A stretch of 64,000 nucleotides of DNA from Candidatus Rokuibacteriota bacterium (lineage in GTDB: Bacteria; Methylomirabilota; Methylomirabilia; Rokubacteriales; CSP1-6). Shown here in pieces: positions 56,566-64,000 of this stretch (positions within the stretch are counted from its first letter, which is position 1; the number at the start of each line of letters is the position of its first letter). The notes below the pieces were generated by a model. That model ran no database searches, was not told where the DNA came from, and saw only the letters and a program-made list of their open reading frames with translations. The position numbers and the translations under genes are program-made. The DNA is taken from assembly GCA_023248995.1 (NCBI GenBank), contig JAHFDN010000005.1, forward strand, positions 2,341 to 66,340. The letters are read 5' to 3'.

Positions 56566-57665
56566 GCTCCGAGGTCCGGCCCTACACGCTCGTCGCTGAG
56601 TTGACGTACAAGTGTCCGCTCCGATGCGTCTACTGCTCGAACCCCCTCGACTATGGGCGCCATGCCGACGAGGTGGACACGGGGACTTGGCTCCGGGTCT
56701 TCCAGGAGGCCGAGGACCTGGGGGTCGTCCAGCTCAACCTCACGGGGGGGGAGCCGCTGATTCGGCATGATCTCGAGGCACTGATCGAGGAGGCCCACCG
56801 GCTGGATCTCTACACGAACCTCATTACCGGCGGGATTCCGCTCACCGTCGAGCGCCTCACCCGGTTCCGGGCGCTCGGCCTCGACAACGTGCAGCTCTCC
56901 ATCCAGGACGTCCGGGCCGGGGCATCCGACCGCATCGCGGGGCTCCGCTCGTTCGACCGCAAGCTGGAAGTCGCGCGCTGGGCGAAGAACCTCGGGTTCC
57001 CGCTGACGATCAACGTGGTCCTGCACCGGGACAATCTGGACCGGGTGGCCGACGTCATCGCGCTGGCCGAGGACCTCTCCGCCGACCGCCTCGAGCTTGC
57101 GAATGCGCAGTACGTCGGCTGGGCGCTCCAGAATCGCGCGGCGCTCCTCCCTACTCGTGAGCAGCTCGAGCGGGCGCGCGCGATCGCGGCCGCGGCCCGC
57201 GCGCGGCTTCGCGGCACGATGGAGATCTTGTTTGTCACGCCCGACTATTATTCGGAATTTCCGAAGGCCTGCATGGACGGCTGGGGGCGCCGGTTCGTCG
57301 TGGTGAGTCCGGACGGGCTCGTGTTGCCCTGCCACGCGGCGCACACACTTCCGGGCCTTGAGTTCGAGAGCGTCCGGCAGCGGGCGCTCGGCGACATCTG
57401 GCGGGACTCGCCGGGCTTCAATGCTTTTCGGGGGGAGGCCTGGATGCCGGAGCCGTGCCGGAGCTGCGACCGCCGCGCCATCGACTTCGGGGGTTGCCGC
57501 TGCCAGGCCTTTCACCTCACAGGCAAGGCCGCGGTGACCGATCCGGCGTGCCGTCTGTCGCCCGACCATGGGCTGATTGAAGCGGCTCGTGCTCAGGCGC
57601 TTGAAGCGGCCGGAAGGGCGATGCCTTTGGAGTACCGGGCGCGAACGGTGTCTCTCCGGGGATGA
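56562..57665 (+). CDS. pqqE: Radical SAM PQQ biosynthesis enzyme PqqE
   Basis: CxxxCxxC (CPLRCVYCSNP) plus a C-terminal SPASM Cys cluster. The ATG overlaps the pqqD stop. Confidence 0.9.
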   Translation: MSSEVRPYTLVAELTYKCPLRCVYCSNPLDYGRHADEVDTGTWLRVFQEAEDLGVVQLNLTGGEPLIRHDLEALIEEAHRLDLYTNLITGGIPLTVERLTRFRALGLDNVQLSIQDVRAGASDRIAGLRSFDRKLEVARWAKNLGFPLTINVVLHRDNLDRVADVIALAEDLSADRLELANAQYVGWALQNRAALLPTREQLERARAIAAAARARLRGTMEILFVTPDYYSEFPKACMDGWGRRFVVVSPDGLVLPCHAAHTLPGLEFESVRQRALGDIWRDSPGFNAFRGEAWMPEPCRSCDRRAIDFGGCRCQAFHLTGKAAVTDPACRLSPDHGLIEAARAQALEAAGRAMPLEYRARTVSLRG

Positions 57666-58177
57666 ACAGGCGCGTGGATCCGACTCTGGTCATTCTGGTG
57701 TCGCTCGTGGTCCTCGCCGCCCTGCTCGGGTTCGTGAAGGACTCGACGCTGCCCTTTCGCGGGCTCATGGCGAGCGTCAAGCTCGCGCGCGGCGTGGGGG
57801 TGGAGCTCCTCCTCGGCTTTGTCCTTGCCGGGCTCCTGGAGGTCCTCCTTCCGCAACCGGTCCTGTCGCGCTGGCTCGGCGCCGAACGTCTGGGGCAAGG
57901 GATCGTCGTCGGGTGGGCCGCAGGCCTCGTGATTCCCGGCGGTCCGTACCTGTTCTTCCCGGTTGCCGCGAACCTGTTCCGGAGTGGCGCGGCGCCGGGA
58001 CCGCTGATCGCGCTGCTCACGGCGAAGACCCTTGTGAGTCCGATCCGCATGCTGACGTATGAAGCACCGCTCTTGGGCTGGCCGCTCACGCTCGCGCGGT
58101 TCATCCCCGGGGTGTTGCTCCCGCCGGTGATGGGCGTGCTCGGGCAATGGCTCTTCACGGTGCTGAAGGGGAGATAG
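57662..58177 (+). CDS. Hypothetical permease-like membrane protein
   Basis: 171 aa with about 5 TM helices. It is translationally coupled to pqqE. Confidence 0.45.
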   Translation: MNRRVDPTLVILVSLVVLAALLGFVKDSTLPFRGLMASVKLARGVGVELLLGFVLAGLLEVLLPQPVLSRWLGAERLGQGIVVGWAAGLVIPGGPYLFFPVAANLFRSGAAPGPLIALLTAKTLVSPIRMLTYEAPLLGWPLTLARFIPGVLLPPVMGVLGQWLFTVLKGR

Positions 58178-58285
58178 GTACCTGATCCCAGCCCGCTTGA
58201 CAGGACGTGGGAAGGTGTATTAGGTTTACGGCCAAATCCCAAACGCCCCTTATTCTTCTCTTCACAATCCCGAAGGAGGACAGCC

Positions 58286-60022
58286 ATGGCAGCAGCGAAA
58301 CGGTGGATTCCCCTCAGCCTTCTCGGGCTCCTGCTCCTGCTGGTCGCGGGCGGGGCGGGGGCGGGTCCGGCGGGGGAGTGGACCCCGGTCACCGACGACC
58401 GGCTCCTGAACGCCGACCGGGAGCCGCACAACTGGCTCCAGTACTACCGGACGCACAACGGCTGGAGCCACAGCCCGCTCAAGCAGATCGACACGCGGAA
58501 CGTCAAGAAGCTCCAGGTGAAGTGGATGATGTCGCTCGGGGAGCTCGGCGAGCAGCAGAGCTTCCCGATGATCAACAACGGCATCATGATCGTCACGGCC
58601 GCCAACATCCCGCACAACACCGTGTACGCGCTGGAGGCGGCGACGGGACGGCTCCTCTGGAAGTGGACCCGCAAGACACCCGAAGACCTGACGGCCTTCG
58701 CCCGTATCCATCCCCAGAGCCGCGGCGTCGCCCTTTACGAAAACACGGTCATCGTTCCGACCCTGGACGCCAAGCTCATCGCGCTGGACGCCAAGACGGG
58801 CAAGCAGGTCTGGGAAGCGACGACGGCGGATTACAAGGACGGCTACTACCTGAACAGCCCGCCGCTCGTCGCCAAGGGCCTGCTCATCACCGGCCCCGCG
58901 GGCCCCGGCGAGATGGGAATCCGCGGGTGGGCAGCAGCGTTTGAGGCCAAGACCGGCAAGGAAGTCTGGCGGTTTTCCACGGTGCCGGAACCCGGCCAGC
59001 CCGGTGGAGATACGTGGGCCGGCGATTCCTGGCAGCGCGGGGGCGGCTCCATCTGGCTCCCGCCGACCTACGACGCGGGGACGGATACGGTCTTCTTCGG
59101 CGCCAGCAACCCCTCGCCCTTCATCGATTCCGTCCGCAGGGGCGACAACCTGTACACCAACTCCGTCCTGGCCGTCGATCGCGCGACGGGAAAGCTCAAG
59201 TGGTACTACCAGTACGTGCCCAACGACGCCTGGGACTACGACACGATGAACGAGCACACCGTGCTCACGATCAAGCAGAACGGCAAGGAGATCCCCGCCA
59301 TCCTGTCGTTCCAGAAGCCGGGCTTCATGTACGCGCTCGACCGGCGCGACGGCAAGCTGATCTACGCCAAGAAGTTCATCAAGAACGTCGATTGGGCCGA
59401 GGGGATTGACATGAAGACCGGCCGACCCATCGAGGCGGCCGGCAAGCGTCCTGTGATGGGCGGGGAGAAGGTGCCGATCTGTCCCGCCCTCCTCGGCGGG
59501 CGCAACTGGGTGCCGTCGTCCTACAACCCCGAGACCGGCCTCGTCTACGTGCCTACCATGGAACTGTGCATGAAGTATGGGTACGTCAAGGAGGTCAAGT
59601 GGACGCGGGGCCTCGCCTACGTGGGTGTGAGCTGGGACGCCGTGATGCAAGGCGAAAACGCCGGGGCCATCCGCGCGTACAACCCCAACACCGGCGATAT
59701 CGTGTGGGAGCACTGGGTGAAGGCGCCACCGATCCACTCCGGGATCCTCTCGACCGGCGGCGGGCTGGTGTTCTTCCAGACCATGGAGGGGCAGTTCAAG
59801 GCCCTGGACGCCAAGACGGGGAAAGTGCTCTACGAGTTCAACGCCGGCAACCTCGCCTCGACGGGCCCGGTCTCCTACGCCGTTGACGGCAAGCAGTATG
59901 TCGCGGTCGTCGTCGGCGGCAAGACCAGGATCCGCGGTTGGTTAGGCGCGGAGCGGAAGCTCGACCACCTGCTCAACATGAACTTCAACGGCTTGTTGAT
60001 GGTGTACGGACTGCCGGACTGA
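58286..60022 (+). CDS. xoxF: PQQ-dependent methanol/alcohol dehydrogenase, XoxF-like (lanthanide-type DYD motif)
   Basis: Signal peptide and an 8-bladed PQQ propeller with tryptophan docking motifs. The ...NDAWDYD motif carries the extra Asp diagnostic of lanthanide-dependent XoxF (MxaF has DYA). ICPALLGGRNW aligns with MxaF ICPSAMGYHNQ. Confidence 0.8.
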   Translation: MAAAKRWIPLSLLGLLLLLVAGGAGAGPAGEWTPVTDDRLLNADREPHNWLQYYRTHNGWSHSPLKQIDTRNVKKLQVKWMMSLGELGEQQSFPMINNGIMIVTAANIPHNTVYALEAATGRLLWKWTRKTPEDLTAFARIHPQSRGVALYENTVIVPTLDAKLIALDAKTGKQVWEATTADYKDGYYLNSPPLVAKGLLITGPAGPGEMGIRGWAAAFEAKTGKEVWRFSTVPEPGQPGGDTWAGDSWQRGGGSIWLPPTYDAGTDTVFFGASNPSPFIDSVRRGDNLYTNSVLAVDRATGKLKWYYQYVPNDAWDYDTMNEHTVLTIKQNGKEIPAILSFQKPGFMYALDRRDGKLIYAKKFIKNVDWAEGIDMKTGRPIEAAGKRPVMGGEKVPICPALLGGRNWVPSSYNPETGLVYVPTMELCMKYGYVKEVKWTRGLAYVGVSWDAVMQGENAGAIRAYNPNTGDIVWEHWVKAPPIHSGILSTGGGLVFFQTMEGQFKALDAKTGKVLYEFNAGNLASTGPVSYAVDGKQYVAVVVGGKTRIRGWLGAERKLDHLLNMNFNGLLMVYGLPD

Positions 60023-60024
60023 GA

Positions 60025-61410
60025 GTGTCGGGAGTTCGGACCACTCTCCTTTTTCTCTCTCTCCTGGTGGGCCTCGTCGGTTCCGGCGAGGCCCGCCAGG
60101 CCAAGACCCTGGCGGAGATCACGTCCACCGGCTCGGTCACCGCGTGTGCCGACCCTGACAACCTGCCCTTCACGAGTTCTGACGCCCAGTGGCCGGGGTA
60201 CGACGTCGAGGTCATCCGGGCCGTCGCCGCCGAGCTGGGAGCCCGGGCCGAGTTCAAGTGGATCGGGACGAGGTCGGCGCGTGCGGCGATGCGGAACCTC
60301 CTCGAGGGCGAGTGCGACCTCTTCCCCGGTCTGCCCGTGGCGCCGGGGTTCACCGAGGAGTATCCCCAGCTCGCGTTTTCGCGGGCCTACTACACCATGC
60401 GGCACGTGGTCGTCGTCGGCACGGGGAGGCCGCTCACCGGCCTCGCGGACCTGCGAGGCCTCGTGACCGCCGTCGAAGCCTTGAGCGCCGGCGACCTCTT
60501 CCTCCTTCAGCGTGGGTACCCGCGCCGCAGCTACCGGACCCAGGAAGCGGCTTTCCGCGCCGTCCAGTCGGGAGAGACGCCGGCCGCGCTGCTCTGGGCG
60601 CCGTTGGCCGGCTGGTTCCTGACGCGGTCGAGCGCCGTCCATCTGAGGCTGGTCCCCGTATCGGACCCGGACCTGGCCGTGGCGTTCGGCGTCGCCTTCC
60701 TCAAGCGGGATCCCGCCCTGAAGCACGCCCTGGATCGGGCGATCGAGCGGCTCGAGGCCCGGGGTGCCATCGAGGGAAGCCTCAGGCGCTACGGCGTGCC
60801 CGTCGGCCGGGCGGGTGCCCGGCCCGGCCCCTCGATCGAGCCGGCCAGGTGGGTCGCGGCCGGGAATCCGCTCGTCACGCCGGTGGCCGAGGTCCGGAGC
60901 GTCCCGCCGGACTTCGAGGAGGGGCGCACCATCTTCCAGGAGAACTGCGCCGAGTGCCACCGGAGCGATGGCCGGGGCGGAGGATCTGTACCCCGCCTGC
61001 AGCAGTACCCGTTCGGCGCGGAGAAGCGTTTCATCGAGACGGTGCTGAACGGGCGCAACAGCGTCGGGATGCCCCCCTGGGGCGGTCTCCTCACCGAGGC
61101 CCAGGTGCGGTCGGTGCTGGCCTACGTCCGCGTGCTGGTGCCGACCCTGGACATTCCCGCCGGCGCGACGCCGGCGGCTCAAGCGCGCCTGATCTTCGGC
61201 CAGATCTGCGTAACGTGCCACGGCCGGGAGGGCGCCGGCACCCGGCTCGCGCCGAGCCTTCAGGCCTTCAGGGGCACGGACGAGGAGTTCGTCGAGGCCG
61301 TGCTCGACGGTCGCCCAGGCACGGCCATGGCCCCGTTCAAGAGCCTGGTATCGGTCGAGATGGCGCAGCAGATCCGCCAGTACGTGCGTGACTTGGGGCG
61401 CCTCAACTAG
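60025..61410 (+). CDS. XoxJ/MxaJ-like periplasmic binding protein fused to a C-terminal di-heme cytochrome c (XoxG-like)
   Basis: GTG start with signal peptide. The N-terminal ~270 aa form a PBP-3-like domain (…ACADPDNLPFTS…). The C-terminal part carries two CxxCH motifs (CAECH, CVTCH), each followed by a Met ligand region (GMPPWGG, GTAMAPF). Confidence 0.7.
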   Translation: MSGVRTTLLFLSLLVGLVGSGEARQAKTLAEITSTGSVTACADPDNLPFTSSDAQWPGYDVEVIRAVAAELGARAEFKWIGTRSARAAMRNLLEGECDLFPGLPVAPGFTEEYPQLAFSRAYYTMRHVVVVGTGRPLTGLADLRGLVTAVEALSAGDLFLLQRGYPRRSYRTQEAAFRAVQSGETPAALLWAPLAGWFLTRSSAVHLRLVPVSDPDLAVAFGVAFLKRDPALKHALDRAIERLEARGAIEGSLRRYGVPVGRAGARPGPSIEPARWVAAGNPLVTPVAEVRSVPPDFEEGRTIFQENCAECHRSDGRGGGSVPRLQQYPFGAEKRFIETVLNGRNSVGMPPWGGLLTEAQVRSVLAYVRVLVPTLDIPAGATPAAQARLIFGQICVTCHGREGAGTRLAPSLQAFRGTDEEFVEAVLDGRPGTAMAPFKSLVSVEMAQQIRQYVRDLGRLN

Positions 61411-61412
61411 CC

Positions 61413-61922
61413 ATGCGCTTTCCCGGTGGAGGGATCGTCCTCTTGCGGCTCGTGGTGGGCGCGTGGTTTCTCAAGTCGGTGTGGACGAAGCTGACGCTCG
61501 TGTACTTCTGGGGGACGGTCCCGTACCTCGCGGTCTCAGCCCGGTTCCTCGGCTTTCACCCGAAGCGCGTCGCCGAGTTCGCGGGGGGAAACCCGATCGG
61601 CTGGTACAAGGAGTTCCTCGAAGGGATCGTCCTGCCGCACTCGAAGCTCTTCGCGAGTCTCCAGGCCTACGGCGAAGCGTGCGTCGGCCTGGGGCTCGTC
61701 CTCGGCCTGCTGACGGGCCTCTCCGCGTTCGCCGGGCTCTTCCTCGGCCTCAGCTACGGCCTCGCCGCCTCGTGGATGAGCTTCGGCCAGCAGGGATTTC
61801 ACCTCCTGCTGGTGACGTCCATGGTGATTTTCATCTGGACTCGGGCCGGCCGGGTCCTGGGGGTGGACTACCTGCTGCTCCGCGCGGCGCCGCGCTCGCG
61901 GCTCTTGCGGGTCTTGACCTGA
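61413..61922 (+). CDS. DoxX-like membrane protein
   Basis: 169 aa with 4 TM helices. Confidence 0.5.
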   Translation: MRFPGGGIVLLRLVVGAWFLKSVWTKLTLVYFWGTVPYLAVSARFLGFHPKRVAEFAGGNPIGWYKEFLEGIVLPHSKLFASLQAYGEACVGLGLVLGLLTGLSAFAGLFLGLSYGLAASWMSFGQQGFHLLLVTSMVIFIWTRAGRVLGVDYLLLRAAPRSRLLRVLT

Positions 61923-61926
61923 GCTC

Positions 61927-62901
61927 ATGAGGACCCGCACGCAGCCGCTCCTGGTCGCCAGCCTCCTGGTCGGGCTCGCCGCCCTCGCGACGGCCCCCCG
62001 CGCGGGCGCCGAGCTCCGCGTCTTCGTGACCAACGAGAAGTCCAATGACGTCACCGTGATCGACGTTGCGACCCGGAAGGTCCTGAAGACGATCCCGGTC
62101 GGCAAGCGCCCCCGCGGCGTCGCGGCGAGCCCAGACGGCAAGCAGGTCTACGTTTCCAACAGCGACTCGGACAGCCTGAGCGTCATTGACGCGGCGACGC
62201 TGACCGTGCTCAAGACCGTTCCGGCGGGGCGCGACCCCGAGGGGCTCACCCCCAGCAAGGATGGGCGAACCCTGTACGTGGTCAACGAGAACGACCTGGC
62301 GCTCACGATCATCGACGTCGCATCCATGAAAATCGTCCAGAAGATCCCGGTGGGTACCGAACCGGAGACCGCCGTGCTGTCGCCCGACGGGAAATGGGTC
62401 GTCGTCTCCAACGAGAGCTCGAACGACGTGTACGTCATCGACACGGCGACCAACGCGGTCGTGACGAAGATCCAGGTTCCCAAGAATCCACGCGGGATGC
62501 GCTTCACCCCCGACTCGCGGCGCCTGTTCGTCGCGAGCGAGCAGGCGCACGTCGTCTCGATTCTCGAGGTGCCCGGATGGACCGTGCTGAAATCCGTGGC
62601 CACTGGCGGGAGCCGCCCGGTCGACATCCAGATCACAGCCGACGGCGCGCGCGCCTATGTCTCCCACGGCAATTCGGGCGACGTGCGCGTGCTCGACACG
62701 AGCGCGCTCAAGCTCCTGGCGACGATCCCGGTCGGGCCGCGGGCCTGGTGGACCGCGCTCACGCCGGACGGCGCGTTCCTCTTCGTCACGGTCGGCCGCG
62801 CCGGCGAGGTGGCGGTCATCGACACCCGGTCCAAGACGGTGGTGGACCGCGTCCGGGCGGGCACGCTCCCGTGGGGTGTCGCGATCGCCGACGTCCCCTA
62901 G
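61927..62901 (+). CDS. YVTN-family beta-propeller protein (PQQ-dependent catabolism-associated beta-propeller)
   Basis: Signal peptide plus 7 repeats of ...V(Y)V.N..S..(V/L)SVID..T..V..TI.VG..P.G.A.SPDG.... Confidence 0.7.
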   Translation: MRTRTQPLLVASLLVGLAALATAPRAGAELRVFVTNEKSNDVTVIDVATRKVLKTIPVGKRPRGVAASPDGKQVYVSNSDSDSLSVIDAATLTVLKTVPAGRDPEGLTPSKDGRTLYVVNENDLALTIIDVASMKIVQKIPVGTEPETAVLSPDGKWVVVSNESSNDVYVIDTATNAVVTKIQVPKNPRGMRFTPDSRRLFVASEQAHVVSILEVPGWTVLKSVATGGSRPVDIQITADGARAYVSHGNSGDVRVLDTSALKLLATIPVGPRAWWTALTPDGAFLFVTVGRAGEVAVIDTRSKTVVDRVRAGTLPWGVAIADVP

Positions 62902-62944
62902 TCACCATGCTACAATGGCGCCCTCTAACGCCTCAGAGGGGATG

Positions 62945-64000
62945 GCGATGAGCAGCTCTTTCGCGCCCATGAAGATGCAGAGTCTCAAGGCAGGTGAAGC
63001 CGCAATCCCACCGGATCCACCCAACGCTCTGAAAGAGATCGGACGGGCTTGGGAAGGGTTCGTCGCTTCCGGAGAGTTCGTCGGCACGCTCCCCCGACCG
63101 GTGATCGCCCAGAGCTGGCAGCGCTCTCGCGAGCTGGGGATCAACCCCTTCATGGATCGGGCGCCGACGGCGATCTCCCCTGAGGAGATTGAGGCGATCC
63201 TCCGCCGCGAGGATCTCGGGCGAGCCGGCAAACAGGTGCTGGATGAGTTTGCCGGGGCCGTGGAGGGAACCGGACACGTGATCGTCCTGGCCGATGCGCG
63301 GGGCCGCATTGTGCATTGGGCTGGATATCGTCGACTGCAGCGGATATTGGATCGCTTGAACTTGGCGCCCGGGGGGGATTGGGCCGAAACCAGCGTGGGG
63401 CCTAACGGCATCGGAACCCCGTTGGCGCTCGGTTGGCCGGAGTTGGTTTTCGGTGGGGAGCACTACTGCCGGCAGTGGCAGCCCTGGGTCTGTTATGGCT
63501 GCCCCGTGCGGGAGCCGGGGACCGGCCGGACCCTGGGCGGGGTGGACATCACGGGGCCCGCCAGGAAGGCGCACGCCCTCACCTTCGCCCTGACCGTGTC
63601 CATTGCACGCTCCGTTGAGCAGCTCCTCTTGGTCTTCGGTCTGGAGAGGCGCCAGGCTCTCCTCACCATCTGCCGCGGTGTCGAAAGAAGGTGGCCCTCG
63701 GAAGGGATCCTCGCTGTCGATGAAGGCGGGAGAATCGTCGAGATGAACTCGACTGCGTCGCGGGCGCTCGGCATGCAGCCGGCCGTGCTGCTGAACGCGC
63801 CCCTGGCGGAGGTCTTGCCCCAGCTATGGTCTCCGGTTCAGCGGAGCGCGGAGAGCGGAGGTCCGGTGGAGGAGGGAGTCGCCGTCAGGATGCCCACGGG
63901 GGAGAAATCCGCGCTCTGCCGTGTGGAGCCGATCGTCCGTGAGGGTCGATCCCTGGGATCGGTCGTGATTCTCTCCGATCGCTCGGTGTTCCCGAGGCAG
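62945..64000 (+). CDS. AcoR-type sigma-54-dependent transcriptional activator, N-terminal GAF(+PAS) part; continues beyond the right edge
   Basis: Hand translation gives …IVLADARGRIVHWAG…SVGPNGIGTPLALGWPELVFGGEHYCRQWQPWVCYGCPVREP…GGVDITGP, the AcoR-family GAF sensor signature (GTNAIGTAL / EHY / C..APi.dP). A PAS-like region follows. It is not in the ORF track because there is no stop within the window. Confidence 0.6.

Overview
High-GC (~68-70%) bacterial chromosomal segment, most likely from an uncultivated lineage; GC content and the XoxF/NC10-like gene set hint at a Rokubacteria/NC10-type organism, but this is a guess. The sequence is densely coding, and many adjacent genes overlap by 4 bp (ATGA/GTGA), which suggests translational coupling.

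Content, left to right:
1. A minus-strand type II secretion / pseudopilus operon: gspE, F, G, H, I, J, K and the 5' part of a GspL/PilM-like gene that runs off the left edge.
2. A ZIP zinc permease, a GGDEF diguanylate cyclase with a degenerate receiver domain, and aroQ.
3. An ECF sigma factor carrying an unusual fused C-terminal transmembrane plus extracytoplasmic extension, followed by an acyl-CoA carboxyltransferase.
4. cobS and cobC.
5. A minus-strand cluster: DoxX, a ferritin-like protein, a DUF3047 protein and a triple-GAF protein.
6. hslR.
7. A large cobalamin salvage and uptake regulon driven by two recognisable cobalamin riboswitches. Riboswitch 1 precedes cobU-cobT-cbiA-btuF-btuC-btuD. 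Riboswitch 2 precedes btuB-cobO-cbiZ-tonB-cobD-cobQ.
8. Housekeeping genes: argS, a SPOR protein, hpt, ftsH, folP, the cdaA-cdaR-glmM-acpS operon, nnr, tsaE and radC.
9. A low-GC intergenic islet holding an array of phased DnaA-box 9-mers and a small orphan gene.
10. A PyrD-like gene, a Mut7-C protein, tRNA-Val(CAC) and an ADP-forming acetyl-CoA synthetase.
11. A block of secreted or hypothetical proteins, including a 7-bladed beta-propeller encoded by 120-bp DNA repeats.
12. A GntR regulator, a DUF1326/DUF2182 pair and a TPP enzyme.
13. A complete pqqABCDE operon with a clear pqqA peptide gene.
14. A lanthanide-type (DYD) PQQ methanol/alcohol dehydrogenase whose sequence lacks the usual vicinal Cys pair.
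15. A XoxJ-like binding protein fused to a di-heme cytochrome c, a DoxX protein, a YVTN beta-propeller, and the 5' part of an AcoR-type sigma-54 activator that runs off the right edge.

I found no CRISPR array, rRNA, IS element or prophage. All coordinates follow the supplied ORF track. Start codons are often GTG, and several starts are uncertain.
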